A stretch of DNA of 24,000 nucleotides from an uncultured Solirubrobacterales bacterium (lineage in GTDB: Bacteria; Actinomycetota; Thermoleophilia; Solirubrobacterales; Thermoleophilaceae). This document shows positions 7,503-15,179 of this stretch, in pieces. Where the stretch lies: the NCBI GenBank assembly GCA_963750365.1, contig CAVVQE010000001.1, positions 463,866 to 487,865 on the forward strand, read 5' to 3'. Position 1 is the first letter of the stretch, and each line of letters starts with the position of its first letter. The notes beneath the pieces are model-generated. The model ran no database searches and had not been told where the DNA came from. It worked only from the letters and a program-made list of their open reading frames with translations. The translations under genes were made by a program, and so were the position numbers.

Positions 7503-8269
7503 CGCCGATCACCAGCGCCGACACGTCGAGCCTGCGGCGCGGGAACCTGATCGTCGGCGGCCTTCACGCGGCGCAGGCAGTGGTGCTGCTGCTGGTGGCC
7601 AGCAGCGCCACGCTGCCGGTCAACGCGAGCTACCTGACGGGTCCGCCGGGCTCCGGCGACTTCGGCGGCCCCGCGAACCTCTTCGACCTGCGCATCGACA
7701 TCGCGATCGCGGTCTTCCTGGGCCTGGCGGCGGTCGATCACCTGGCCGTGGCAGGGCCCGCCCGTGGCTGGTACGAACGCAACGTGGCGCGCGGGATCAA
7801 CCCCGCGCGCTGGTGGGAGTACTCGCTGAGCGCGTCACTGATGATCGTCCTGATCGCGATGCTCTCCGGGATCAGCGAGGCCACCGCGCTGGTCGCGATC
7901 TTCGGCGTGAACGCGGCCATGATCCTCTTCGGACTGGCCATGGAGCGTGTGAACGTGGACCGCGCGGAGCCGGACTGGCGGCCTTTCATCTATGGCAACG
8001 TCGCCGGAGTGGTGCCCTGGTTGGCCATCACGCTTCAGCTCGTGGTCGCGGAATCCGAGGGCGGCGGCGCACCGGGGTTCGTTTACGCCATCTTCTTCTC
8101 GCTGCTGGTGCTGTTCTCCAGCTTCGCCGTGAACATGTGGCTCCAGTACCGCCGGGTCGGGCGGTGGAAGGATCCCGTCTTCGCCGAGAAGGCCTACCTG
8201 GTGCTGAGCCTGGTCTCGAAGAGCGTGCTGGCCTGGCAGGTCTACGCGGGCGCGCTGGCCGGCAGCTAG
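7499..8269 (+). CDS. Heliorhodopsin-family seven-transmembrane retinal-binding protein
   Basis: 256 aa with 7 predicted TM helices. A Lys sits in the middle of TM7 (LSLVSKSVLAWQ, K241, codon 8219-8221), a putative counterion Glu in TM3 (RWWEYSLSAS, E107), and His23/Gln26 in TM1 (GGLHAAQ). There is also a long TM1-TM2 loop (YLTGPPGS...) and FGVNAAMILFG in TM4. These match my recollection of HeR 48C12 (RWVEYSLSSS, LSLVAKSALAWQ, FGVNASMILFG). Arg/Lys cluster at the N-terminus and in loops 2-3, 4-5 and 6-7, which implies an N-in topology inverted relative to type-1 rhodopsins. The GTG start overlaps the hydrolase stop (GTGA at 7499-7502). Confidence 0.85.
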   Translation: MTPITSADTSSLRRGNLIVGGLHAAQAVVLLLVASSATLPVNASYLTGPPGSGDFGGPANLFDLRIDIAIAVFLGLAAVDHLAVAGPARGWYERNVARGINPARWWEYSLSASLMIVLIAMLSGISEATALVAIFGVNAAMILFGLAMERVNVDRAEPDWRPFIYGNVAGVVPWLAITLQLVVAESEGGGAPGFVYAIFFSLLVLFSSFAVNMWLQYRRVGRWKDPVFAEKAYLVLSLVSKSVLAWQVYAGALAGS

Positions 8270-8271
8270 CG

Positions 8272-8844
8272 CTACTCCGGCCCGACCGCCACCCGCAGCT
8301 TGCCGAGGATCGAGCGCACGCGCTCGCCGATCTCGTCCGCGCTCACGCTCAGCACGTCGGCGATCTCGGGAGCCGGGACGCGGTCCATGAGCATCCCGAA
8401 CACCGGCAGCTCACGCTCGGGATCGAGCTTGGCCGCGCTCTGTTGCAGCTGGGCGCCCGAGATCGACGGCAGCACCAGCTCACCGCGCGCCACCAGGCGA
8501 ACGGCGTCGAGCAGCTCGTCCGCGGGCACCCCCTTGCTGGCGACGCCGCTGGCGCCCGCAACGATGGCGGGGATCGCCAGCGAGGCACTGGCATAGGCGG
8601 AGTAGATCATCACCCGGGGCGGCTCGGCACGGCTGGTGATCCGGTGGCAGACCGACAGTCCGTCGTCCGCCGGCAGGTGGTAGTCCACGAGAACGACGTC
8701 CGGGTTGGCGTGCTCGACGTCCGTGACGGCGTCGGCGGCCGCCGCGGATGCGCCCACCGGCACGATCCCCGGCTCGCTGCGGAACACCACGTGGAGGCCG
8801 GCGCGCATGGCCGGGTGGTCGTCGATCAGGTAGACGCGGATCAA
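8272..8844 (-). CDS. NarL/LuxR-family two-component response regulator
   Basis: Receiver domain (RVYLIDDHPAMRAGL...DVVLVDYHLPADDG...SKG) plus a C-terminal LuxR-type HTH (PEIADVLSVSADEIGERVRSILGKLRV). The likely start is TTG 8844, overlapping the kinase stop (TTGA). The track start at 9006 would overlap the kinase by 165 nt. Confidence 0.8.
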   Translation of the reverse strand: MIRVYLIDDHPAMRAGLHVVFRSEPGIVPVGASAAAADAVTDVEHANPDVVLVDYHLPADDGLSVCHRITSRAEPPRVMIYSAYASASLAIPAIVAGASGVASKGVPADELLDAVRLVARGELVLPSISGAQLQQSAAKLDPERELPVFGMLMDRVPAPEIADVLSVSADEIGERVRSILGKLRVAVGPE

Positions 8845-9974
8845 CCCGGGACCCCATTGCCGTTCAGCGGCACCGAAAGCTCCACGCCGGTGCCCACGCC
8901 GCCGAGCCCGTGGCCGAAGTCCAGCCGTCCGCCCAGGCTCGCGACCCGCGCGTCCATCGTCCTCAGGCCCTGTGCGCCGGGCCGCGTCTGGCTGGGCATC
9001 CCGCAACCGTCGTCGGCGACGCTGATGCTCAGCTGCTCGCCGTTCGCATGCAGGGTCACCTCGATGTGGCGGGCCGAGGCGTGGCGCAGGGCGTTGGCGA
9101 TGGCCTCCGACGCCACCCGGTAGGCGTGAACCTCCACGAAGGCGGGCAGGTCACCGACGGTTCCGTTCACCGCCAGCGTGGGGCCGTCGGGCAGGGCAAG
9201 CTCGCTGGCGCGCGTGCGCAGCGCCTGGTCCAGGCTGCGGCCCTGCAGGGGGGCGTTCAGGTCGCTGACGCTGGTCTCCATGTCGGCGGCGGCGCTGGTG
9301 AGCTCGCGCATCGCCTGCGTCATCCAGCCTTGGTCCTCCTCGGGCACGCGGGGGGCCAGCGAGCTGAGCACCAGGTGCGCGGCGTGTATGCGCTGCTTGG
9401 CCGAGTCGTGCAGCTCGATGGCTATCCGGCGCCTCTCGGCCTCCACCGCCAGCCGCGCCGACCGCTCGCGCTCGCGCAACAGCGCGGCGGCGTACGCCAG
9501 CGCCATCACCGTCACCGACGGGATCAGCAGCTGCGTGGCGAAGCTCTCCAGCCGGGCGGTGTCGCGCAGCTCCGGGAAGTCGACGCCCACCAGCACCGCC
9601 ACCGCGAGGTAGGCCGCGGTGAACAAGCCTCCGGTTATCACGGCCGCCCGGTAGCCCAGCGTGACCGCCGGCAACACGAGCGCGGTCACGGCGAAGAGGT
9701 AGAACGGGCTGCGCCACTCGCCGGAGGCCACGACCAGGCCGAGCGCGATCCCGACGTCCACCAGCCACGCGCCCGGGTGCAGGACCAGCCGCGTTGAACG
9801 CGTCGCGGCCAGCACCGAGGCCAGGCCATAGACGGCTCCGATCGCGGCCAGCGAGAGGTCGTCGCTGGTCACCGTGTGCACCAGCAGGAGCGCCACGGCC
9901 AGCGCCGTGGCCCCGAGCCGCGCGGCCACGAAGAGCGCGATCCAACGATCCTCGACCGGCTGCTCGGTTCCCAT
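8841..9974 (-). CDS. Sensor histidine kinase, HisKA_3 (NarX/DesK-like) with a polytopic N-terminal membrane domain and no obvious periplasmic domain
   Basis: H-box RRRIAIELHDSAKQRIHAAHL and HATPase_c motifs (EAIANALRHA, DDGCGMP, GLRTMDARVASLGGRL). The roughly 160-aa N-terminus has about 5 hydrophobic segments joined by short loops. Confidence 0.9.
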   Translation of the reverse strand: MGTEQPVEDRWIALFVAARLGATALAVALLLVHTVTSDDLSLAAIGAVYGLASVLAATRSTRLVLHPGAWLVDVGIALGLVVASGEWRSPFYLFAVTALVLPAVTLGYRAAVITGGLFTAAYLAVAVLVGVDFPELRDTARLESFATQLLIPSVTVMALAYAAALLRERERSARLAVEAERRRIAIELHDSAKQRIHAAHLVLSSLAPRVPEEDQGWMTQAMRELTSAAADMETSVSDLNAPLQGRSLDQALRTRASELALPDGPTLAVNGTVGDLPAFVEVHAYRVASEAIANALRHASARHIEVTLHANGEQLSISVADDGCGMPSQTRPGAQGLRTMDARVASLGGRLDFGHGLGGVGTGVELSVPLNGNGVPG

Positions 9975-10030
9975 CGCGCCCCATGCTAGGCGTCCACCGC
10001 CGTCCGGACCGATGCAGTGTCCGCGCGAAT

Positions 10031-11341
10031 ATGCTTGCTGCCAGAGCCGTGAGCGACCTCGGAATCCTGGCTGCAGTCCTGTTCAGCTACAGCCTGGTCT
10101 CGCGCCGGCTGGACCGTATGGCAGTCAGCGCGCCGATGGTCTTCGTGGCCGCAGGCATGCTGCTGGGCCCCAGCGCGCTGGACGTGATCGACCTCGAGCT
10201 GACCGGGGAGACCGGCCTGCTGGTGGCAGAGGCGGCGCTGGTGATCGTGCTGTTCGCCGACGCCGCGCGGATCGACCTGCGCGCGCTGCGCGGCAACAGC
10301 AACCTGCCGGCCCGCCTGCTGGGCCTTGGTATGCCGCTGACGATCGGCCTCGGCGTCCTGGCCGGCGCCCTGCTCCTGGAGCAGATCGATTTTTGGGAGG
10401 CCGCGATCATCGCCGCCGTGCTGGCGCCGACCGACGCCGCGCTGGGCCAGGTGGTGGTCTCCAGCGAGCGCGTCCCCCAGCGCATCCGCCAGGCGCTGAA
10501 CGTGGAGAGCGGGCTCAACGACGGGCTCTCGATCCCGTTCCTGTTCCTGTTCGTCGGTCTCGCCGTCTCCGAGGCCGACGTGACCGCCGGCGGCTGGCTC
10601 AGCTTCGCCGCCCAGCAGATCGGGCTCGGCGCGCTGGTCGGGATCGGGCTCGGCCTGGTCGGTGGCTGGCTCTACCAGCGCGCAGTCGATCGGGAGCTCA
10701 TCAACGCCACCTTCAAGCAGCTGGGGCTGGTGGGGCTGGCCATCGGAGCGTGGGCGCTGGCCCAGGAGCTGGGTGGGAACGGCTTCATCGCCGCCTTCAC
10801 GGCCGGCCTGACCACGGGCCGGATAACGCCCACCTGCGGCCAGTCGATCCTGGACTTCACCGACGACGAGGGCCAGCTGCTGAACCTGGCCGTCTTCTTC
10901 ATCTTCGGGGTCAGCGCCATCGGTTTCCTGGACGCGGCCGGCTGGCAGGTGGTGGTGTTCGGGCTCTTGAGCCTGACCGTGATTCGCATGCTGCCGGTGG
11001 CGCTGGCGATGCTGGGGACCGGCCTGCGAAGGAGCTCGGTCGCCTTCATGGCCTGGTTCGGGCCGCGCGGGCTGGCCTCGATCATCCTGGCCCTGGTCGT
11101 GGTAGAGGAGGAACCCCAGCTTCCGGGCCTGGAGATCGTGCTCGCGACGATGACCGTGACCGTGCTTGCCAGCGTCTTCGCCCACGGGATCACGGCACGG
11201 CCGCTCGTCGCCGCCTACGCCCGCCGGCTGGAAGCCACGCAGGGGCCAATGGCCGAGAGCGAGCGGGTGCCCGAGATGCCGATCCGCGGTCAGTCGGCGG
11301 AGTCCGCGTCGGCCGGCCGGTTCGGGTCAGGCACCGGCTAG
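10031..11341 (+). CDS. Cation:proton antiporter (CPA1, Na+/H+ exchanger family)
   Basis: Start at ATG 10031, in frame within track ORF 9794..11341. About 12 TM segments; motifs LAPTDAALG, ESGLNDGLSIPF and FGPRGLASI are typical of Na+/H+ exchangers. The upstream track extension is Arg/Pro-rich and non-coding-like. Confidence 0.85.
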   Translation: MLAARAVSDLGILAAVLFSYSLVSRRLDRMAVSAPMVFVAAGMLLGPSALDVIDLELTGETGLLVAEAALVIVLFADAARIDLRALRGNSNLPARLLGLGMPLTIGLGVLAGALLLEQIDFWEAAIIAAVLAPTDAALGQVVVSSERVPQRIRQALNVESGLNDGLSIPFLFLFVGLAVSEADVTAGGWLSFAAQQIGLGALVGIGLGLVGGWLYQRAVDRELINATFKQLGLVGLAIGAWALAQELGGNGFIAAFTAGLTTGRITPTCGQSILDFTDDEGQLLNLAVFFIFGVSAIGFLDAAGWQVVVFGLLSLTVIRMLPVALAMLGTGLRRSSVAFMAWFGPRGLASIILALVVVEEEPQLPGLEIVLATMTVTVLASVFAHGITARPLVAAYARRLEATQGPMAESERVPEMPIRGQSAESASAGRFGSGTG

Positions 11342-11629
11342 CGCGGCTTCGATCCACCGCTCCGGCGGCACGCCGGACTGTCCTTCGTCTGAGCGGTAAA
11401 GCCGGCATTTGAGGCCGTAGTCGGCACGCTCACCCGCCCCGGGCTCGACGTCGATGCCGTCGACGCGCACGGTGGGCGAGCCCAGGAAGCGCGCCCGCTC
11501 GGCGTGCTCAGGGGAGTCGATGAGCAGCTGCTCCAGCTCGGCGCCGTGCTGCTCGGCCAGCGCGCGCAGCCGCGGCAGCAGCTGCTGGTGGCTCGGGCAG
11601 CCTTCGAAATAGAGGACCTGGAGTTTCAC
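11327..11629 (-). CDS. Small thioredoxin-fold protein with a monothiol CPSH motif
   Basis: 100 aa with a GTG start at 11629. KLQVLYFEGCPSH...FLGSPTVRVDGIDVEP resembles the glutaredoxin/thioredoxin-like small proteins found in actinobacteria. Its 3' end overlaps the antiporter 3' end by 15 nt (convergent). Confidence 0.6.
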   Translation of the reverse strand: MKLQVLYFEGCPSHQQLLPRLRALAEQHGAELEQLLIDSPEHAERARFLGSPTVRVDGIDVEPGAGERADYGLKCRLYRSDEGQSGVPPERWIEAALAGA

Positions 11630-11717
11630 GGCCGTGTCAACGGTACAGCCGCGGGTGCCTGCTTCTCATATTCGTCTCAGGAAGCCCGCCTACGCTGGGC
11701 GGCCGCGCCAGGTGAAC

Positions 11718-12314
11718 ATGGACTACTCGCTCTACAAGGCCATCAACGGACTCAGCGGCACGTCGGCGCCCGACGCCGTGTTCAAGTTCCTGGCCCTGGA
11801 CCTCCCGGCCGTCCTCGTGATCCTGGTCGCCCTGAGCTTTCTGGTCTCCTTCGGACGCGGACGTACCGGGCGCCGGCGCGGGGCCGTGCTCGCCACCGCC
11901 GCGGCGGCAGCGGCCTTGCTGGTCAATCAGCCCATCGCCCACCTGGTCGACCGGCTGCGCCCCTATCTGTCCCATCCCGACCACGCGAACCTGCTCATCT
12001 CAAGGTCGCACGACCCTTCGTTCCCGAGCGACCATGCCACCGGCGCCTTCGCGCTGGCGTTCGCGGTCTGGCTGTACGACCGGACCCTGGGCTCGATCCT
12101 GCTCGTGCTCGCGGGTCTCCTCTCCTTTGCCCGCGTGTATGTGGGCACCCACTACCCCGGCGATGTCCTGGCCGGCGCGGCCATCGGAATCCTGGTGCCC
12201 CTGGCGCTGTATTGCATCCCGCCGGTACGGCGGCTGCTCGAGAGGGTCGCCGATCTGTGCGGCGCCGCATGGGACGGCATCGGGTGGCGCCTGAAACAAC
12301 GCGCCAGGGCCTGA
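11718..12314 (+). CDS. PAP2 superfamily phosphatase (undecaprenyl-diphosphatase / lipid phosphatase-like)
   Basis: The three PAP2 motifs are present: LVDRLRP, SFPSDHA and SFARVYVGTHYPGDV. It is a multi-TM protein. I prefer ATG 11718 (MDYSLYKAINGL) to the track start at 11634. Confidence 0.85.
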   Translation: MDYSLYKAINGLSGTSAPDAVFKFLALDLPAVLVILVALSFLVSFGRGRTGRRRGAVLATAAAAAALLVNQPIAHLVDRLRPYLSHPDHANLLISRSHDPSFPSDHATGAFALAFAVWLYDRTLGSILLVLAGLLSFARVYVGTHYPGDVLAGAAIGILVPLALYCIPPVRRLLERVADLCGAAWDGIGWRLKQRARA

Positions 12315-12376
12315 GCCGCTAGGGCCCAGGCGCCGGCGGTCCGACCGTGTACTGATTCAGCGCGGCACTAGGCGCC

Positions 12377-12793
12377 TCACGCGACACGGTCGGAGTCGGG
12401 CCGGGGCTCGGGCCCGCCCAGCTCGGTGAAGGCCGGCGGCTCGTAGACGCCGCCCGGGACCCCGCCCAGCGCGAGGATCTTGACCCCCTCCGGGCCCGCA
12501 TGGATCTTGCGGTGCGTGGAGGGCCCGACCCTCACCGCGGTGTCGGGCTCGACGTGCACGCGCTCGGCCTCACCCTCGATCTCGAAGTCGGCCTCGCCCT
12601 CCAGCACCACGTAGATCTCCTCGGTGCCGGTGTCGGCATGGTCGTGATTGGGATAGAAGTCGCCGCTGCCGGGCGGCATCTGCAGGATCTGCATCCCGAA
12701 CGAGCTGGCGCCCAGTGAGGCGCGGGCGCGCAGGAACACTCCGCCCAGGATCGGCTCCATCTCGTCGAAGCGCTTTACGGTGTAGTCGGCCAT
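12377..12793 (-). CDS. Cupin domain protein
   Basis: FYPNHDHADTGTEEIYVVLEGEADFEIEGE...VRVGPSTHRKI is a cupin His-cluster pattern. ATG 12793 is preceded by a GAGGAGGA RBS. The track start at 12847 is less likely. Confidence 0.75.
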   Translation of the reverse strand: MADYTVKRFDEMEPILGGVFLRARASLGASSFGMQILQMPPGSGDFYPNHDHADTGTEEIYVVLEGEADFEIEGEAERVHVEPDTAVRVGPSTHRKIHAGPEGVKILALGGVPGGVYEPPAFTELGGPEPRPDSDRVA

Positions 12794-12972
12794 CTCGTCC
12801 TCCTCGGATTGATCGGCACCGCCCAGCGCTCGCCCATCATCGCCCATGTGGTGGTCTCACGCTGGTGCCCGAGTAATCCAGACGAGTGATTTCATGTCGA
12901 GAAGCCCCGATCGGCTCCGCTCACCAGGTGAAGGGCCACGACAGGCGCGGCCCACGACACCAGGAGGCGACC

Positions 12973-13383
12973 ATGCCGAAGTACCTACTCCTCAAGCACT
13001 ACCGTGGCGGCCCCGAGCCCCACCATCCCTTTCCCCCGATGGACCAGTGGGCCCCCGAGGACGTGGAGGCGCACATGGCCTTTCTCAGGCACGTCAACGA
13101 GATGCTGGAGGAGAGCGGCGAGCGCGTCGACGCGCAGGCGCTCGCGCCGGAGCGCACCTGGGTGCGTTACGGCGGCCCGGACGCCGCGCCGGTGACCACC
13201 GACGGCCCGCTGCCCGAGACCAGCGATCTCGTGGCGGGCTGGTACATGATCGACGTCGATTCGTACGAGCGCGCGCTCGAGCTCGCGGCCTACGTCTCCT
13301 CCGAGCCCGGCCCCGGCGGGGAGCCGCTGTACGAGTGGATCGACGTTCGGGAGATCCTGTCCCATGCGCCCTCGGGCGACTGA
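12973..13383 (+). CDS. YCII-related (DGPF-type) domain protein
   Basis: MPKYLLLKHYRGGP...DLVAGWYMIDVDSYERALELAA is a typical YCII-family pattern. ATG 12973 is preceded by AGGAGG at 12962-12967. It sits immediately upstream of a COG4941-type sigma factor, a common pairing. Confidence 0.8.
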   Translation: MPKYLLLKHYRGGPEPHHPFPPMDQWAPEDVEAHMAFLRHVNEMLEESGERVDAQALAPERTWVRYGGPDAAPVTTDGPLPETSDLVAGWYMIDVDSYERALELAAYVSSEPGPGGEPLYEWIDVREILSHAPSGD

Positions 13384-13389
13384 GCTGAC

Positions 13390-14596
13390 GTGAGCGACGA
13401 GTCCACCCGACGGCTGGACGAGGGCGCGCTGCGCGCCCTCGTCCCTCGGGTGCTCGCGGGCCTGGTCCGGCGGGGCGAGGACTTCGATGCCGCCGAGGAC
13501 GCGCTGCAGGAGGCACTGCTGGAGGCGCTGCGGGTGTGGCCCGAACACCCGCCGCTCGACCCGGGCGCGTGGCTGGCCACGGTCGCAACCCGGCGGCTCG
13601 TCGATGCGCGCCGCAGCGAGGCCGCCCGTCACCGCCGCGAGGAGGTGGAGTACGCCGAACCCCCGCAGCCCGCCTCGACCGAGGAGGGCGACGACACCCT
13701 CTTCCTGCTCTTCTGCTGCTGCCACCCCGAGCTCGCGCCCGCCTCCCAGGTGGCGCTGACCCTGCGCGCCGTCGGCGGCCTGACCACGCAGGGAGATCGC
13801 CGACGCCTTCTACGTGCCGGAGGCGACGATGGCGCAGCGGATCAGCCGCGCCAAGCGCACCGTGCGAGGGCGCAGCCTCGACCAGCCCGGCGACCTCGCC
13901 GTAGTCCTGCGCGTGCTCTACCTCGTCTACACGACCGGCCACGCGGGCCGCGTGGACCTGGCCGCCGAGGCGATCCGGCTCGCCCGCCAGCTCACCCTCG
14001 CCACCGAGGAGCCGGAGGCGCGCGGGCTGCTGGCGCTGATGCTGCTCAACCATGCGCGCGCTCCGGCGCGACTGGACTCAGAGGGACGCATCGTCCCGCT
14101 CGACCGCCAGAACCGCGATCTCTGGGACACCCGCGAGATCGCCGAGGGCGTGCGCGTCCTGCAGTCGGCGCTGGCCGCCGAGTGCCCCGGCCGCTACCAG
14201 GCCGAGGCCGCCATCGCCGCCCTGCACGACGACGCCGCGAGCGCCGAGGAGACCGACTGGCCGCAGATCCTGGCCTGGTACGACGACCTCGTCGCCCTGA
14301 CCGACGATCCGGTGCGCCAGGACCCCGCCGCGGTGCTCGGGCGCGCGGTCGCGGTCGGCCACGCCCTCGGCGCCGCCGCCGGGCTGCGCGAGACCGACCG
14401 GCTGCGCGAGGTGCTGGGCGAGCGGCACCGCTGGCACGCCGTCCGCGGCCACCTGCACGAGCTCGGCGGCGACCTCCCTGCCGCCGCCAGCGCGTACGCG
14501 GATGCAGCCCACCGGGCCACCGACGTCGCCGAGCGCGACCACCTGGTCCGGCAGGCCGCCCGCGCGCGGGTCACCGAGCTACCGTCGAGCGCATGA
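13390..14596 (+). pseudogene. Sigma-70 family factor with a long C-terminal helical/TPR-like extension (COG4941 type), interrupted by an apparent +1 frameshift near 13789-13795
   Basis: The N-terminal part (GTG 13390) is recognisably sigma-factor-like through ...LFCCCHPELAPASQVALTLRAVGGLTT. The expected continuation EIADAFYVPEATMAQRISRAKRTV... and the whole C-terminal domain are in the +1 frame (track ORF 13814..14596). That frame has a TGA at 13781-13783, so the switch must occur within 13784-13795 (CCACGCAGGGAG). Removing one G from the GGG at 13791-13793 restores TTQEIADAF. Confidence 0.8.
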
Positions 14597-15030
14597 CGGT
14601 CCAGCGCATGGACCACGTGGGCATCGTGGTCGACGACCTCGCGGCCGCGACGGCGTTCTTCGTCGAGCTCGGGCTCGAACCGGCGGGCCACGGGTCCGTC
14701 GAGGGCGATTCGGTGGACCGCATCGTGGGACTCGAGAGTGTCCGCTCGGAGTTCGCGATGATGCAGACCCCGGATGGACACGGACGGCTCGAGCTGATCA
14801 AGTTCCAGACCCCCTCGAGCCCCGGCGGTGATCCACACGCGCCGGCGAACACGCCGGGCCTGCGCCACATCACGTTCGCGGTCGACGACATCGAGGCGGT
14901 CCTCGCTCGGCTGCGGGCCCACGGTGCCGAGCTCGTCGGTCAGGTGGAGAGCTACGGAGGCAGCTATCGGCTCTGCTACCTCCGCGGCCCGGAGGGGATC
15001 ATCGTCGAGCTCGCGGAGCGGATCGGCTGA
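14593..15030 (+). CDS. VOC family protein (glyoxalase / bleomycin resistance / dioxygenase fold)
   Basis: MTVQRMDHVGIVVDDLAAATAFFVELGLE...GLRHITFAVDDIEAVLARLRAHGAELV...RLCYLRGPEGIIVELAE is the classic VOC pattern. ATG 14593 overlaps the sigma-factor stop (ATGA). Confidence 0.85.
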   Translation: MTVQRMDHVGIVVDDLAAATAFFVELGLEPAGHGSVEGDSVDRIVGLESVRSEFAMMQTPDGHGRLELIKFQTPSSPGGDPHAPANTPGLRHITFAVDDIEAVLARLRAHGAELVGQVESYGGSYRLCYLRGPEGIIVELAERIG

Positions 15031-15045
15031 GGCTCGATCGCCTGA

Positions 15046-15119
<74 letters not shown>

Positions 15120-15138
15120 AGTGCGGGGCTACAGGCTA

Positions 15139-15163
15139 GCGCCCGCCCTGCCGGGGCGAGCGC
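15139..15163 (-). terminator. GC-rich hairpin (9 bp plus one mismatch) between the DUF2945 gene stop and the tRNA. Weak terminator candidate.
   Basis: GCGCCCGCCC-TGCC-GGGGCGAGCGC, read directly from the sequence. No U-tract, and it is only about 20 nt from the tRNA 5' end. Confidence 0.2.
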
Positions 15164-15179
15164 CGCCTCGTGAGCGCGG

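Noticed and set aside
7499-8269. Classification as a type-1 microbial rhodopsin (proton pump or sensory rhodopsin)
   Set aside because: The helix-3 and helix-7 motifs are not those of type-1 rhodopsins: there is no DTD/DTE/NDQ-type triad and no DxxxK context. The charge distribution predicts the opposite membrane orientation, and the strings match heliorhodopsin instead.
12315-12376. Possible bidirectional terminator between the PAP2 and cupin genes (two GGCGCC elements), and a hairpin in 17364-17443 between the CocE/NonD and glycosidase genes
   Set aside because: Only 5-6 bp stems with long loops could be drawn, which is not distinguishable from chance in GC-rich sequence.
13784-13795. Programmed ribosomal frameshifting as the explanation for the sigma-factor and permease frame changes
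   Set aside because: Neither site has a recognisable slippery heptamer, an RF2-like Shine-Dalgarno/stop arrangement or an obvious downstream pseudoknot. Neither family is known to use recoding. Sequencing error or mutation in a short G/C run is the simpler explanation.
13390-15030. 546-aa ORF in the track that looks like one large protein
   Set aside because: It is a composite. A genuine sigma-factor N-terminus runs to about 13790. About 265 codons of Arg/Pro/Gly-rich out-of-frame read-through follow, while the real sigma C-terminus lies in the +1 frame (13793-14596). The separate VOC gene (14593-15030) then happens to share the frame.
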